From contig DAOUGQ010000007.1 in NCBI GenBank assembly GCA_034429195.1, positions 251,899 to 315,898 of the forward strand: a stretch of DNA of 64,000 nucleotides, read 5' to 3'. This DNA comes from Anaerolineaceae bacterium (GTDB lineage: Bacteria > Chloroflexota > Anaerolineae > Anaerolineales > Anaerolineaceae). Both the position numbers and the translations under genes were made by a program. Shown piece by piece: positions 10,462-20,878 of the stretch; the stretch's first letter is position 1; every line of letters begins with the position of its first letter. Under the pieces are notes generated by a model. It searched no databases, was not told where the DNA came from, and worked only from the letters and a program-made list of their open reading frames with translations.

Positions 10462-11787
10462 TTATGTTTCCTTTTTTACCGGTTGTCCCAAGGGGTATGG
10501 AGCAAATAAGAAGAAAGCGATGATCATCGTTATAGCCACTATTGGTCCAATGGCGATCACACCATATTTCCAATTCAAAAGAAGAGCCAGGATGGAGCCT
10601 GCCAGAGAACCAACAAACTGGTTAATCACCCCCTGTACTGCAAAGAACATACCTGCTCGATCCTTCCCTGTCTCTTTGGCATCAACGGCTGCAATATGTG
10701 CTGGAAAAGCATACGGTATAGTAAAGAAAGCTCCAATGGAAAAGCTAGCGACCACTCCTGCTATCATTCCGATGATCAGAGGTTGAATGGGCAGCTTCAG
10801 TTCTTGCCAACCCAATGTGAAAATGAGCATGGCAACTGCAAAAACAAGCAGGGATACACGAAAAGCAAACTTTGCTCCTTTCTTCCTGGATATCAGGTTG
10901 AAAATAATCAGCATAATTGGAACAGGGGCAAAAGCTGCAGCATTCATCATCCCAAGTTGCGCATCGCTAATCCCCATCATATCTGCGCCCATGAATGCAA
11001 TACCCCCCAGGAAAAATTGCAACCCAAAGTAGAAGGTTGCCACACAAGACATGTAGATCAAGAAGGTTTTATTGGTCAGAGTCATCTTGATGCTTTGGAA
11101 CAGAGGGACATCCTTTTCTTTTGGTCGTTCTGTATCACCAACGCTGGAACCTTCTTTGATCACCAGGATAGGTCCAATGAAGGTCACAATTCCTGGTAGT
11201 AACATTAAGGCAGTTGCGCGCACACCAAATTTTTCAAACATCATAGGCGCAACAACAAAAGTAAGCACGTAAGCGATGGTGTTAAATACCGTTTGCCAGC
11301 TTGCCACCCGAACCCGACTCTGCTCATCTGGTACTATTTCAGAGAGAGATGCCAGGTATGGAACAATAATAAATGTTTGGAAAAAGAAATAGCACGAACT
11401 GACCACTGCCACATATACAGCATTTGCCCAATGACCTTCTGGAGTGAGATTGGCTCCAGTTACTGGGGGAAACCAAAGCAAGACATAACAAATGATCAGG
11501 GGGATCAAACCAAAGACCATCATAGGTCTTCGTCTGCCCCAACGGCTTTTCAGATTATCTGTCCAGCTTGCAATAGGCAGATCAACCACACCATCCAGTA
11601 CCCTTGCAATGAACATCCCTACAGCATATGCAACCGCAGGAGCGAATACCAGTGCGCCAGTTTCAATCCTGGCTTGAGCAGGGCGGTAATAATATAACAA
11701 ATAGGTTAACACGACCTGATACATAAAACCGGGTCCTAATCCACCAATCCCGTAAAGGGGTTCCTGCCACTTCTTGATCGTTTTCAT
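10462..11787 (-). CDS. MFS transporter, glycoside-pentoside-hexuronide (GPH) cation symporter family
   Basis: About 12 predicted TM segments. Carries the GPH signature DGVVDLPIASWTDNLKSRWGRRRP. Confidence 0.8.
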   Translation of the reverse strand: MKTIKKWQEPLYGIGGLGPGFMYQVVLTYLLYYYRPAQARIETGALVFAPAVAYAVGMFIARVLDGVVDLPIASWTDNLKSRWGRRRPMMVFGLIPLIICYVLLWFPPVTGANLTPEGHWANAVYVAVVSSCYFFFQTFIIVPYLASLSEIVPDEQSRVRVASWQTVFNTIAYVLTFVVAPMMFEKFGVRATALMLLPGIVTFIGPILVIKEGSSVGDTERPKEKDVPLFQSIKMTLTNKTFLIYMSCVATFYFGLQFFLGGIAFMGADMMGISDAQLGMMNAAAFAPVPIMLIIFNLISRKKGAKFAFRVSLLVFAVAMLIFTLGWQELKLPIQPLIIGMIAGVVASFSIGAFFTIPYAFPAHIAAVDAKETGKDRAGMFFAVQGVINQFVGSLAGSILALLLNWKYGVIAIGPIVAITMIIAFFLFAPYPLGQPVKKET

Positions 11788-11806
11788 GACATTTCCTCCT
11801 TATCTA

Positions 11807-12955
11807 CTATTTGTGTGTCCGAAAGTAAGCCAGTGCGTCCTCCACCATGCTGGTATCTGTTGGTACTTCTGGTTGAGCTGCCCCCATTGCAGGGATAATG
11901 AATGAGAGCCGTTCCAATTCTGCAAGGATTGCATCTTTGTTTAAACGTCGTGGCAAAATACCTGTTAACCGCTCAAAATTGCCCTGATAGATTTTTGCCA
12001 GTATTGTTTCAGGCAATTGTATTCCCTGAAATTCGGCAGCAAATTTACCAAATAAGAATCCCTGCCCCTCATCAACCCGAAATGTTCCCTGTCGTTCAAG
12101 AAACCCGCGCACCAAATGAATTCGCGCCCTACTTTCTAAAGGTTCTATCCCTGATGGCGGGTTGCCCAAAAGAGCTTTCGCGCCAATATCCGTCCCGTAA
12201 AGAATCCTGTCTTGATACTTAATGAAGAAATCTCGAGTCTTTTGTGGGTCATGTGCAAAATTGTGATACATTTCGATCCCTGGGGTCAGGTCAATATGCA
12301 TATTGGGAAATCTCTCCAGGTATGCGGCCAATCGTTCTAGCTGAGCAGAAAGAAAGAAAAAGTGGGCAAAAACCACTTTAAGACCTGGATGTCTCTCCAT
12401 CACATGGATCACCTGGTTATATTGCACCTCATTATTGATAAAACTTCCATCTCCATAGAACCAACCCTGTTGTATCGCCCATTCGGGAACACGATCAGCG
12501 TCCCAAAATTCTTCAGGATCATTGACATGAAAGAGGAGTGGGAAACCCATTTCTTCCATCTTGGCCCAGTAGGGTTCATAAACAGGAGAATCAAAATCGG
12601 GAACAGGCAAGGTTTTCCGCATATCAGGCTTGCCCTCGATCATTTTGACACCATCACACCCCATTTCAGACAGCTTTTCTACATAACTGGCGAAAAACTG
12701 ACCGCAAGTTTCAGGTTGCATAAAGAAACTAGAAGTATCCAACCCACCATACACATAGACCTTTTCAGGGTAATGTGCCTTGAGCATTAAAGCCTCTGGA
12801 ATAAGGCTCAACCGGGTACGATGAGGGGTACAGACAATATTACAGCGAGAAATGTGATGCTGATCAAGTATCGCCACCAAATCTGACATCAATGAAGAAT
12901 GGGGATAATGGATGTGGCAGTCAATAATCTTCACACTGGATAATGGCGAATCCAT
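11807..12955 (-). CDS. Amidohydrolase-2 family metal-dependent hydrolase
   Basis: IIDCHIHYP metal-binding motif near the N-terminus. The ATG at 12955 has GAGGAGG upstream; the track start at 12997 has no RBS. Confidence 0.7.
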   Translation of the reverse strand: MDSPLSSVKIIDCHIHYPHSSLMSDLVAILDQHHISRCNIVCTPHRTRLSLIPEALMLKAHYPEKVYVYGGLDTSSFFMQPETCGQFFASYVEKLSEMGCDGVKMIEGKPDMRKTLPVPDFDSPVYEPYWAKMEEMGFPLLFHVNDPEEFWDADRVPEWAIQQGWFYGDGSFINNEVQYNQVIHVMERHPGLKVVFAHFFFLSAQLERLAAYLERFPNMHIDLTPGIEMYHNFAHDPQKTRDFFIKYQDRILYGTDIGAKALLGNPPSGIEPLESRARIHLVRGFLERQGTFRVDEGQGFLFGKFAAEFQGIQLPETILAKIYQGNFERLTGILPRRLNKDAILAELERLSFIIPAMGAAQPEVPTDTSMVEDALAYFRTHK

Positions 12956-13039
12956 GTTCCTCCTCACATTTTTTATTGAACAATATGTTAAAAACAAGAG
13001 TATAGAGGATACCGATATTAACTAAATCTGGCAATAAGG

Positions 13040-13070
13040 AATGAACTCACCGCTTTCAGGTGAGTTCATT
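13040..13070 (-). terminator. 12-bp stem hairpin between the ADP-ribosylglycohydrolase and amidohydrolase genes
   Basis: AATGAACTCACC-gctttca-GGTGAGTTCATT. On the minus strand it is followed by CCTTATTG. Confidence 0.4.
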
Positions 13071-13087
13071 GTAGCAGAAAACGAAAA

Positions 13088-14488
13088 TCAGGAATGCTGC
13101 TTTGCCAACCGGCTGGTACGAGCAGCAAGTTCCTTGATCGAAAGCCTTTCTTTCCCCGAGACATACGTCTCCAATACATCTCCTATGGGAGCTGCCCACG
13201 TTTCGGGTACATCATGAATGATACCCAGCACATTCCCAACCAAACCACCATTACAATCAACATCGTAGCCAGCTTTTGCCAGCAGTGCCATTGCCTCCGT
13301 GAAATCCCCTCCACTGTACCAGAGTGACAGCATATCTGCTGCGATGTTGGGATAGGCATGGATCCAGTTGTAGCGTTCAAAATGTTTTTCCAGAATCGGC
13401 CAGGCATCGAGAGGAGCCGTATGATCCTTGAGTACCTGGAAAATAAAATTCAATTTGGCTGCATATTCACTTCCTGCAGGGATGTAACGACTGCCTTCCA
13501 GAAGAATTTCGCGGGGATCCGACATTTCGAAAGCCAGGGAGGGTAGCACTGCCGCATACATTTCTCCATACACGCCGTTTGCTGCGTGCGAAACGATTCC
13601 ATCAATATGCGCCAACCAGGCTGCTTTCAGGGGATCAGCAGGAGCCAGCATTCCACAGACCATGCCGCGCATCTGTGCTCCGATCCAGTTTGAATATGGA
13701 TTAAGAAAATTGCCCGATTCAGGGGGGAAGATTCCCAAATTCAGGTTGCGAAGTGCCACACCTTCAGCAGAGACACCAAAAGGAAGCTGCCTTACCCATT
13801 CAATACCCAGTGCCTCTGATGTGATGGCATCTCCCATATTTTCATATACATCAAGCAGCAGCAATTCATATACCACATCATCGTTCATGGTTTCAGGTTG
13901 TGTGATATATCCTCTGACATCGCCATACACTTTGGCGATTTGAGATCCGATATATCCTTCAATCGCAGTACCAAACGACCCCCCCGCCAGTTGACCAACC
14001 CACCCCTGGTAAATGCGTGATTCATAAACGTCTTTCCAGGTTGAAAGTCGGTGGTATGAATGACTGGCCGGTATAGCAGCCTTGACCTCTTCCCACGTGT
14101 CGGGATGATGATATTGATGGTAAGGATGTCCTTCGATTTTCGGTGCTTCTTTGAGGGCTTTCATCAACCTGGCGGTCAATACTCTTAATTCAACGATCCT
14201 CCCTTCCTTGAGCAATCGAAAACCTTCAGGAAGCAGAGCTTCTGCTTCGCTAACATCATATCCCTGGTTGCCCCAGGCCTGGACCATACCCTGGTATGGT
14301 ATTTCAGGTGCAGAGGAACCTGGTACACTGATCCCCCAAAACGCCTTGATTAAAGCATCTCCTGAAGTTGCAATAGTGCCATCCCAATGCGATGGATGGA
14401 TGCGGCGGTCAACCGGTATCGCATTATCGCGCAGCTCACGTTCCATCAGCCAGGCTGGTTTTATTTCTGAAGTCTTTACATTCATCAT
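13088..14488 (-). CDS. ADP-ribosylglycohydrolase family protein
   Basis: 466 aa. The C-terminal GYDVDCNGGLVGNVLG and central GGSFGTAIEG motifs resemble ARH-family metal-binding motifs. Confidence 0.65.
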   Translation of the reverse strand: MMNVKTSEIKPAWLMERELRDNAIPVDRRIHPSHWDGTIATSGDALIKAFWGISVPGSSAPEIPYQGMVQAWGNQGYDVSEAEALLPEGFRLLKEGRIVELRVLTARLMKALKEAPKIEGHPYHQYHHPDTWEEVKAAIPASHSYHRLSTWKDVYESRIYQGWVGQLAGGSFGTAIEGYIGSQIAKVYGDVRGYITQPETMNDDVVYELLLLDVYENMGDAITSEALGIEWVRQLPFGVSAEGVALRNLNLGIFPPESGNFLNPYSNWIGAQMRGMVCGMLAPADPLKAAWLAHIDGIVSHAANGVYGEMYAAVLPSLAFEMSDPREILLEGSRYIPAGSEYAAKLNFIFQVLKDHTAPLDAWPILEKHFERYNWIHAYPNIAADMLSLWYSGGDFTEAMALLAKAGYDVDCNGGLVGNVLGIIHDVPETWAAPIGDVLETYVSGKERLSIKELAARTSRLAKQHS

Positions 14489-14495
14489 CTTCTCC

Positions 14496-15395
14496 TTATG
14501 AAGTTAAGGCTTCCTTTTTCTTTTTCCGTACCGAATACACAAACAACGCAATCAGGGTAGCCACATAAGGTACCATGGATGAGAATTGCGAAGGAAGCAC
14601 ACGTTGCATGAAAAGCCCAAAACCATCAGAAAACCCAAACAGGAGGGAGATCAAGGCAATTCCTAATGGATTCCCCGAAACGAGTATCACGGCTGCCAGA
14701 GAGATCCATCCTCGCCCCGCAGACATATTTTCAGAAAACAGGGTTACATAACCTAATGAAAGAAATGCGCCTGCCAATCCACAAAGAACACCACAGATCA
14801 ATAGTGACCAGATGCGAATGCGGTCAGCAGATACACCGCTGGTATCCAGGCAGGTGCGGTTGTAACCAGCAGCCCGCAGCCGCAGACCAAACCTGGTTTT
14901 AAAAACGAGATAATAAGCCAGGATTGTCACAATGATGGTGATGTATATGATCAGGTTTTGACCACTCAATATTGTTCCCAATACGGGAATATCTTCGATC
15001 AAGGGAATGTTGATCCTTGGTATCGGAACGATACTGGGATCTGCAAATGCACCTTTGACCTTGAATATCTGACGTAGCAAATAAGTAGTTACACCAAGCG
15101 CGAACAGGTTCAAGCCAATTCCTGTAACGAACTCATCCATCTTCAAGACAATGGAAAACAAGATAAAAAATAACGCCATGATCAAAGCACCTGCGATTGC
15201 AAAAAGGATACCCAAAGGCCATGATTGAAAATAATACGATCCCAACACGGCGAAAAATGCACCACTCAACATCATCCCTTCCATGGCGATGTTGAAAATA
15301 CCCGCATAATATGTTAACGATCCTCCCAGTGCAGAAAGCAAGATAGGAGTGGCAGCAGAAATCATGCCATTGATCAAACCAACAAAAATATTCAT
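14496..15395 (-). CDS. ABC transporter permease (BMP/nucleoside-sugar type, second permease)
   Basis: Polytopic membrane ORF overlapping the upstream permease by 4 nt, within the BMP-family operon. Confidence 0.85.
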   Translation of the reverse strand: MNIFVGLINGMISAATPILLSALGGSLTYYAGIFNIAMEGMMLSGAFFAVLGSYYFQSWPLGILFAIAGALIMALFFILFSIVLKMDEFVTGIGLNLFALGVTTYLLRQIFKVKGAFADPSIVPIPRINIPLIEDIPVLGTILSGQNLIIYITIIVTILAYYLVFKTRFGLRLRAAGYNRTCLDTSGVSADRIRIWSLLICGVLCGLAGAFLSLGYVTLFSENMSAGRGWISLAAVILVSGNPLGIALISLLFGFSDGFGLFMQRVLPSQFSSMVPYVATLIALFVYSVRKKKKEALTS

Positions 15396-16429
15396 ACGAT
15401 CCTCTCCTTTGCTTTCCTTCTAGCGGCAAGCTTCGCAAAAAGAATATCGAAGTATCCACGCCCTGCAACCACGATCAAGAGGATCACAGCTTGCAGCACA
15501 GTGATGAGCTCACTGGGTACCGCGGTGATCAACTCCATCCCCAACGAGCCAGTCTGTAAAATACCAAAGAAAACACCATACAGCAGAGTTGCGATAATCC
15601 CGTTATTGGCAACCATGGCAACCATGATCCCATCCCAGGCATAATTGGCGCCCAGACCTTTGATGAACCGGTGAGGGCCAGCCATAATGATGAGTCCACC
15701 AGCCAACCCTGCCAGTGCACCTGTAAGCAGCATGACAAGGTAATAGTTCTTGTCTACTTTAACTCCACCCAGGCGGGCAAACAGACTATTTTGACCTGCG
15801 ATTCGCCATTCATATCCTGATGTGGTGCGATTAAAGATGAACCAGACTACGACAAAAGCGATCAACATTACTACAACATTTGTATTAAAGTTGCCAATTT
15901 CAGGCATCCAGCCATTTTGCGTGATTAAAGGTGTTTGAGGAAAATTTGCGCCATCTTCAAAAAATGGGTAGGTGATCGCCCAATATGTGAAATAATCGGC
16001 AACAAAGTTCAACATTAGGGTGGTGATAAATTCGCTCATATTGAACAGCCCTTTCAATAGGGCTGCCAGACCAGACCATATCATGCCACCAAGCATCGCC
16101 AGTATGAGCAAGAGCGGGATCATTAAAATGGGTGGTAGATCGATATACAACCCCCCTATTGTAACGAGAAGAGCACCGATTAATAATTGCCCCGGTTGAC
16201 CAAGATTGACAGGCCCAGAGGCAAAAGCGATCGCAGCTGATAATCCGGTTAAAATGAGTGGTACGGAGTTGCGAAGTGTGGTTGCAATCGAGTAACCATT
16301 TCCCAAAGAATAATTGAACAACGCTCCATATGTCTCTAGAGGGTTGTATCCCTGGATGATCATCGTAACTGCCCCTAAAAGCATGGCAATTAGAACACCA
16401 GCCAGGTTGATAAGAATTTTACGCTTCAT
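15392..16429 (-). CDS. ABC transporter permease (BMP/nucleoside-sugar type, first permease)
   Basis: Polytopic membrane ORF, translationally coupled to the ATPase and the second permease. Confidence 0.85.
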   Translation of the reverse strand: MKRKILINLAGVLIAMLLGAVTMIIQGYNPLETYGALFNYSLGNGYSIATTLRNSVPLILTGLSAAIAFASGPVNLGQPGQLLIGALLVTIGGLYIDLPPILMIPLLLILAMLGGMIWSGLAALLKGLFNMSEFITTLMLNFVADYFTYWAITYPFFEDGANFPQTPLITQNGWMPEIGNFNTNVVVMLIAFVVVWFIFNRTTSGYEWRIAGQNSLFARLGGVKVDKNYYLVMLLTGALAGLAGGLIIMAGPHRFIKGLGANYAWDGIMVAMVANNGIIATLLYGVFFGILQTGSLGMELITAVPSELITVLQAVILLIVVAGRGYFDILFAKLAARRKAKERIV

Positions 16430-17957
16430 GGGGTTTTCCTTCGAGCATCAGGTAGCCAATTTCGTTGATATTTGTCTTTTCGGTGACCAGGTCAGCCACA
16501 ATTTGCCCACGATATAAAACAAGAATTCGATCGGTAAGGCGAAATAATTCTTCCAGGTCAGCAGAGATAAGCAATATTGCGTGATTCTCATCGCGCATAG
16601 CAAGGATCTGCTGGTGAACAAATTCGATAGATCCCACATCCAATCCCCGGGTAGGTTGGTCTAGCAAGATGAATGGGGTGTTGAGGGATAATTCGCGCCC
16701 CAGAATCACTTTCTGTTGGTTACCTCCAGAAAGAGACTTAAAAGCCGCATCGCTAGAGTCCATCTGAACATCCAGTTTTTGACGGATTTTCTGGGTAAAC
16801 GAATCGGCTTCTTTATAATCGATCACTGCACCATTCCATCGAGTAAAACGTTTGTTCAACCGGTGATGGGTCATGATCGTATTCTCTTTGATCGTGGCAG
16901 TGATGCAAGCTCCCATATTTGTACGATCTTGAGGCACATAAGCGATCTTTTTCCGGCGGTCAAGGATGGTAGCTTTGACCAGATTCTGATCAAAAACTTT
17001 TACCTGTCCCTGATCGATGTGGAGTAATCCCATCACAGCGTTTACCAGCTCCAACTGTCCATTGCCCTCAACACCAGCAATACCCACAATCTCACCAGCT
17101 TTGACACGAATATTGATATCTTTCAGTTTTGGATGTTTGTAAGAATTGGTAAAGCTGACATTGGAAGCTTCGAAAACTACATCGCCAGGTTCTTTGGGCT
17201 GTTTTATCGATTCGAAGAAAACCTCACGCCCAACCATCATTTGAGCCAGCGATGTTTTGGTAGCTTTTGAGGTTTCAATGGTATCTATCTTTTTCCCTTT
17301 CCGCAGCACAGTGATGCGGTCGCTGAGATCGAGTACTTCATCCAGATGATGAGAGATAAAAACAATGGTATGGTTGTTGTCGCGCAACCGGCGCAGTTCA
17401 TCGAAGAGTTGAGGAATCTCTTGTGGTGTAAGCACTGAAGTTGGTTCATCCATGATGAGGAAAGAAACATTCCGGTAAAGCAGCTTAAGGATCTCGACTT
17501 TCTGACGAGCAGCTACTGAAAGATCACTCACTCTGGCATCTGGATTAAGGTTGAATTGGAATTCGTAAATTCGCTTGAGAACCTCCTCACATGCCTTCTT
17601 TTTATCAATTCGATCAAACAGTTTGACCGGCTCGACACCCAAAACAACATTTTCCCAGACTGTGTATTCCGGAATCAACAGAATTTCCTGATGTACCATG
17701 CCAATCCCATTGGCAATAGCTGTGCCTGGATTAGGTATATGAATAGGTTTCCCTTTATAGAGTATCTCACCTGAATCATACGGCTGCATGCCATACAAAA
17801 TTTTCATCAAGGTAGATTTCCCAGCACCATTCTCTCCCACAACAGCATGAATTTCGCCTTCGCGAAAGCCCACACTGACAGTATCCAGCGCCACAACATT
17901 GGGAGGGAATACCTTTATGATATTATTCATTTCAATAATATTGCCGACCATCAACAT
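16419..17957 (-). CDS. ABC transporter ATP-binding protein with duplicated ATPase domains
   Basis: Walker [18 protein letters not shown] signature and a second domain; 512 aa, typical of sugar/nucleoside importers. Confidence 0.9.
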   Translation of the reverse strand: MLMVGNIIEMNNIIKVFPPNVVALDTVSVGFREGEIHAVVGENGAGKSTLMKILYGMQPYDSGEILYKGKPIHIPNPGTAIANGIGMVHQEILLIPEYTVWENVVLGVEPVKLFDRIDKKKACEEVLKRIYEFQFNLNPDARVSDLSVAARQKVEILKLLYRNVSFLIMDEPTSVLTPQEIPQLFDELRRLRDNNHTIVFISHHLDEVLDLSDRITVLRKGKKIDTIETSKATKTSLAQMMVGREVFFESIKQPKEPGDVVFEASNVSFTNSYKHPKLKDINIRVKAGEIVGIAGVEGNGQLELVNAVMGLLHIDQGQVKVFDQNLVKATILDRRKKIAYVPQDRTNMGACITATIKENTIMTHHRLNKRFTRWNGAVIDYKEADSFTQKIRQKLDVQMDSSDAAFKSLSGGNQQKVILGRELSLNTPFILLDQPTRGLDVGSIEFVHQQILAMRDENHAILLISADLEELFRLTDRILVLYRGQIVADLVTEKTNINEIGYLMLEGKPHEA

Positions 17958-17989
17958 CCTTCCTTGATCACAGTATTTGTCCGGTATAT

Positions 17990-18019
17990 CTTGAGACGCT
18001 GAAATTTCAGCGTCTCAAG
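17990..18019. promoter_or_regulatory. Perfect 30-nt palindrome between the binding-protein and ATPase genes
   Basis: CTTGAGACGCTGAAATTTCAGCGTCTCAAG equals its own reverse complement. It lies in the 103-nt gap between 18061 and 17957. Confidence 0.5.
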
Positions 18020-18060
18020 GATAATTCTATTAGACAATCTTCCAAATCCAGCGATCAGGT

Positions 18061-19083
18061 TTATGGAACGTAGAGTTCAATGGTTAATTTGCCGTCAATA
18101 ATCTGAGAACGAAGCTCATTTACTTTGTCGATGATCGTTTGTGGTAAAACATCATTATTTCCATCAAAGACAACGTCAACTGCGCCAGTCGCCAGACCAT
18201 AATGGATCACCTGACCTGGAACATAAGAACCGTCATCAATGGTTTTGTAAACATTAATGATGGCTGCCCCAACGTCTTTGATATCAGAAGCAACCACATG
18301 ACCAGGAACGATGGAGTTCTGGTTAGAATCTACACCGATGGAGTAGAGATCGCGTTCGCCAGACGCCTGTAATACACCCATACCGGCTGCTGCAGCGATC
18401 TGGAAGACAATATCAGCTCCCTGATCGTAAAGTTGTAGGGTAGCCTGTTTGGCTTTAGCGGTATCTTCCCAATCACCCAGATATTTACGCTCGACTGTGA
18501 TATCGGGATCGATCGATTTGGCGCCATTTTCATAAGCAAACATGAAAGCATCGATAACAGGGTCTACATCACCACCAACTGCACCAATAACCTTCTCTGG
18601 ATTGACATTAGGAATGGATGTATCAGTAGTAACCATTGCTGCTACTACACCAGCAAGGTAGGCGCTTTCCTCTTCGACAAAATCAATAGAGGTGATCGTC
18701 TTCTTGCTGTTTTCTACAACCGTATCCAGGTTAACAAAGATCTTGTCAGGGTATTTATCGGCGTATTCTTTCAGAACGTCTTCAAAGCCATAGGAAATAA
18801 CAAAAATAACATCTGCGTATCCCACTGCTGCCTCAAGAGAAGGCTCATATTGACCTGCATCAAAACCACATTCAATGGTTCGGGTTTCCAAGCCATAATC
18901 TGCAGCAATTTTATCCATGCCCTTTTGACCGGAATCATAGAAAGCATTATCACCTAGAGAACCATTGATCAGATAAACTGCTTTCGTTTTTTCAGCTTCT
19001 TTTGCTTTGGGTGCACATGCGCCAAGCACCAATACGAGAATGGTAGCTATCGTCATGAGAACCAGTAAATTACTTTTCTTCAT
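18061..19083 (-). CDS. BMP-family ABC transporter substrate-binding lipoprotein
   Basis: Signal peptide plus lipobox LGAC, with a BMP/PnrA-like sequence. It is the first gene of the ABC operon. Confidence 0.85.
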   Translation of the reverse strand: MKKSNLLVLMTIATILVLVLGACAPKAKEAEKTKAVYLINGSLGDNAFYDSGQKGMDKIAADYGLETRTIECGFDAGQYEPSLEAAVGYADVIFVISYGFEDVLKEYADKYPDKIFVNLDTVVENSKKTITSIDFVEEESAYLAGVVAAMVTTDTSIPNVNPEKVIGAVGGDVDPVIDAFMFAYENGAKSIDPDITVERKYLGDWEDTAKAKQATLQLYDQGADIVFQIAAAAGMGVLQASGERDLYSIGVDSNQNSIVPGHVVASDIKDVGAAIINVYKTIDDGSYVPGQVIHYGLATGAVDVVFDGNNDVLPQTIIDKVNELRSQIIDGKLTIELYVP

Positions 19084-19389
19084 TTTTCCTCCTGGAATTC
19101 ATTTATGAATATTATTGAATCTAGAATCCCTGTTACACTTCCCCACTTTTTTCGTAGAAGTATGGAATCCCATCATTCTCATCAAGATTATTATACGACA
19201 AATAATTTACAATTCCCGGTAAGCCACTTCTAATGATTTCTAAAATTTCATTCTTATCATTCAGGTGTAAAATTTATTCTGCGTTTTATAAAGGGCATCA
19301 TGATGCTGATGCTGTTTGATCTTTACACGATCCTTTCAGTGAGCTAAAGCAATTGCGATTATTTATCTGGCAACTATCAGGAAACCTGT

Positions 19390-20400
19390 ATGCACGTTGT
19401 GATCGTTTATAATCTGGATATTGGCACTGATTTTGGAGATTCTGAGGATATTGTTGCCATCCAAGATACTGATCATACAGCGAACTCCATTTTAAGTGCG
19501 TTGTTGCATTGTGGGTATGATGCGTCGATTGTCTCTGTCAGCAGTTCCCTGGATGAATTAAAACAAAAACTATCCCCTTATGATCCACAAGACACATTTA
19601 TCTTCCATAACTGTGATGGATTTATGGGTCGTTCGCTGGGGGCAGTGGATCTGGTAAGGGCAATTGAAGAATTAGGTTATGCGCACACAGCATCTCATCC
19701 TCCTGCCATTCTTGCTTCGACAGACAAGCGTTTGGCAAAGCGCTTGTTAACAGAAGCAAATATTCCCACCCCGGCATATCAAATTTGCGAATCAGTTGAT
19801 GACGTTATCACAGTCCCCTGCCCAGTCATCATAAAACCTGCCACAGAGGAAGCAAGCCTGGGCATTACAGTCGATTCTGTGGCTCGCACACCCGATGCAA
19901 TACCTCGACTGATCCACCACATTCTTACCGACTATCACCAACCGGCACTTGTCGAGCAGTTTATTTGCGGCAGAGAGCTGGCATGTGCAGTTTTAGGAAA
20001 TGATGATGACGCGGTTGTATTGCCATTATCAGAAATGGATTATTCTGAAATTTCTGATCCGATGGCACGCCTTCTTACATATGAATCAAAATGGATAGAA
20101 GGTACTTTTTATCATGACAATATCGGTGTGATTTGCCCTGCGCCTATGGATCCAATTGAACTAAAACGTGTTGAAAAAGCAGCTTTATATGCAGGGAAAG
20201 CCTTAAAACTAAGAGATTTCTACCGCCTCGATATTCGCCTGGAGAATGGTATCCCTTATGTTTTGGATGTAAATGACCTGCCCGACCTGGCACCTGAGTC
20301 TGGCTTTGCCCGTTCAGCCCTGGCTGCAGGGTATACATATTCTGGAATGATCGATGCAATCATGAAAATTGCAATGAAACGTGAAGGTTGGAATGGATGA
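19390..20400 (+). CDS. ATP-grasp enzyme, D-alanine--D-alanine ligase family
   Basis: 336 aa with the Ddl-like ATP-grasp core (IIKPATEEASLGI, LDVNDLPDL). Confidence 0.7.
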   Translation: MHVVIVYNLDIGTDFGDSEDIVAIQDTDHTANSILSALLHCGYDASIVSVSSSLDELKQKLSPYDPQDTFIFHNCDGFMGRSLGAVDLVRAIEELGYAHTASHPPAILASTDKRLAKRLLTEANIPTPAYQICESVDDVITVPCPVIIKPATEEASLGITVDSVARTPDAIPRLIHHILTDYHQPALVEQFICGRELACAVLGNDDDAVVLPLSEMDYSEISDPMARLLTYESKWIEGTFYHDNIGVICPAPMDPIELKRVEKAALYAGKALKLRDFYRLDIRLENGIPYVLDVNDLPDLAPESGFARSALAAGYTYSGMIDAIMKIAMKREGWNG

Positions 20401-20878
20401 AACAATTGAAATTCATGTGCCGGTTGAAGACGATGGCAAAGCCATCGTTTCAATTGCAGCCAGTACCTCTCTTTTTACTGAAGAAGAAGTTGCAACTGTA
20501 AAAGAATTATGGGATGACTTTATTGTCAGCCATGATAATAAAGATGATTATCAATTCCTGGCAGCTTATAAAAATGGTGTTATGGCAGGTTTTTCATGTT
20601 ATGGGCACAGGGCTCTTACAAGAAGTACCTATGATCTGTACTGGATCGCAGTGGATAACAGACTTCAACATCATGGAATTGGTAAATTGCTGTTGCAGGC
20701 AACAGAAGAAGCGATCAAGAAATTGGGTGGAACGATTATTGTGGTTGAAACTTCAACAACCGAAGTATACGCCCCAACACGCAAGTTCTATATTGCACAA
20801 AACTATCAAGTTGCAGGTGAAATTGCAGATTTTTACGAGCCCGGGGATGGGTTGATGCTTTTTATAAAGGCTTTATAA
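20393..20878 (+). CDS. GNAT family N-acetyltransferase
   Basis: Acetyl-CoA motif LQHHGIGKLLL. The ATG at 20393 overlaps the ATP-grasp stop by 8 nt. Confidence 0.7.
   Translation: MDETIEIHVPVEDDGKAIVSIAASTSLFTEEEVATVKELWDDFIVSHDNKDDYQFLAAYKNGVMAGFSCYGHRALTRSTYDLYWIAVDNRLQHHGIGKLLLQATEEAIKKLGGTIIVVETSTTEVYAPTRKFYIAQNYQVAGEIADFYEPGDGLMLFIKAL

Noticed and set aside
10457-11697. Several plus-strand ORFs (up to 167 aa) antisense to the GPH transporter gene. Similar antisense ORFs occur within pepF, cas8c, the DGC gene and hutI.
   Set aside because: They are typical shadow ORFs opposite long genuine genes whose products carry clear family motifs.
19084-19389. Possible purine-type riboswitch in the leader of the BMP ABC operon (a TATAAT...TTCTAC resemblance on the minus strand).
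   Set aside because: I could not build the P2/P3 helices or find the conserved loop-loop nucleotides. The resemblance is limited to a few bases that also fit a -10 promoter element.
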